A DNA stretch of 64,000 nucleotides from positions 55,926,001 through 55,990,000 of the forward strand of contig CM059432.1 in NCBI GenBank assembly GCA_030390025.1, written 5' to 3'. The DNA comes from Squalus acanthias (lineage: Eukaryota). The position numbers and the translations under genes are program-made. The notes below the pieces were generated by a model. It did no database searches. It saw only the letters and a list, made by a program, of their open reading frames with translations, and had not been told where the DNA came from. This document shows positions 62,904-64,000 of this stretch, piece by piece. The first letter of the stretch is position 1. Every line of letters starts with the position of its first letter.

Positions 62904-63239
62904 GTGAGAGGATGTAAACCAAGGTTTATAACCATTTTTTGATATTTTTAGAGTTTTAATATTTATGTTAACATATGAATCTAACAGTAGATGTAGCAGG
63001 AAAAGCAACATTAAGGTAAATATACATTGAGTACTTTTTATATAACTGCAGAGAGACTCAGTCCTGAGTAAACTATGAAGGTAATTTTCACAAGAGCTTG
63101 TAATATGTTATCAGCTTTGATATACAACATACATATTGTTTGAAATTTGTTTTTAAGCAATCATTTTGTAGCGCTAAACCATTGTTTTATAACTGTTTTA
63201 CCATTTGAAAGGGAGGTGAAAGAGGTGCCTGAGTTTTGA

Positions 63240-63677
63240 AAGTTATAAAGGAGAGTGCAAACTTGAAACCCTCAGTATCACAAGGGAAGGAGTAATAGAA
63301 AGGTTTAGGAAACTAAAGGTAAACAAGGTTCCACGCTCTGAGAATGTCCATCCAAGGCTGCTGGTGGAGTTGGATGAGGAGAGTATAGATGTCTTCACCA
63401 GTATCTTTCAAAGTTCACTGGTATCAGATAACATCCCAATGAATTGGAAAGTAGTCAAAGTGCCTTTTTTTTAAAAAAAGACGACTGTGGGATTTACCTT
63501 CAAATGACATACCTCTTGGTCTTACCTTGATTGTGTGGAAAGTGTTTTAAACTTTGACAGCAAAAGAGATCTGAAGTACAGGATCTGATTCCAGAGAGTC
63601 AGCAGGGGCAGGTTGTGTCCAGTTTACTGGATTTCTACATAGATATGGTGGATAAGAGTGAAGCAGTAAATATCATG
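63240..63677 (+). mobile_element. Old CR1 RT fragment
   Basis: KLKVNKVP..ENVHPRLL.EL and IP.NWKV motifs. Confidence 0.6.
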
Positions 63678-64000
63678 GGGTAGAGTTTCCACTTTGGGCA
63701 CAATTGGCGATCAGGACGCAAATTGTGCCCAAAATTGCGCTAGTTTTGAGAAGTTTTTTTTAAGTTTCCGCTCACTCATTTGCATATCGGCGAAAGCAAA
63801 ATCGGCCATGAACCAGCGCAATTGAGCAGTGGTTTAGAACTTTAAAAAAAAAAATTTGCCTTCAAGATATTCCTTGATATATTTGAGTGGTAACTTGGTG
63901 TAGTTTGATCAATACAGCTGAAAATGGGTTTATCACAAAAAATAAACATTTTAATCAGAGTGTCTAGTCCACCACCTGCGAGTAACCTGATTTTAAATAA
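63678..64000. mobile_element. Start of another MITE-like DNA element running past the window end
   Basis: GGGGTAGAGTTTCC start with internal inverted repeat TTTGGGCACAATT / AATTGTGCCCAAA. Confidence 0.4.

Overview
Eukaryotic, repeat-rich vertebrate DNA. The repeat set (CR1, L2, Deu-domain SINEs, Penelope-derived elements, Harbinger MITEs) points to a cartilaginous fish such as a shark; this is inference. The window lies inside a + strand ROCK1 (Rho-associated coiled-coil kinase 1) gene. It holds 17 GT-AG coding exons (about exons 3-19 by human numbering, 2135 nt) that splice in frame and encode the kinase domain, the AGC C-tail and the first part of the coiled coil; start and stop codons lie outside the window. 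The introns are stacks of nested transposable elements. Highlights: (1) a complete 2.7-kb pogo/Tigger transposon (TA TSD, 26-bp TIRs, DD32D jerky-like transposase broken by one 2-nt frameshift, internal 48/53-bp tandem array) inserted into a CR1; (2) a 2.5-kb PIF/Harbinger deletion derivative (GAA TSD, 16-bp TIRs) that keeps a long Myb/SANT plus coiled-coil ORF but has lost its transposase core, with related MITEs nearby; (3) small Penelope-like elements carrying a minimal hammerhead-ribozyme-like core, one forming an ~80-bp hairpin with a 13-bp TSD; (4) a D-to-G change in the normally conserved kinase alphaC motif EERD. No prokaryotic features or CRISPR arrays were seen. All family assignments come from motif recognition; no database search was run.
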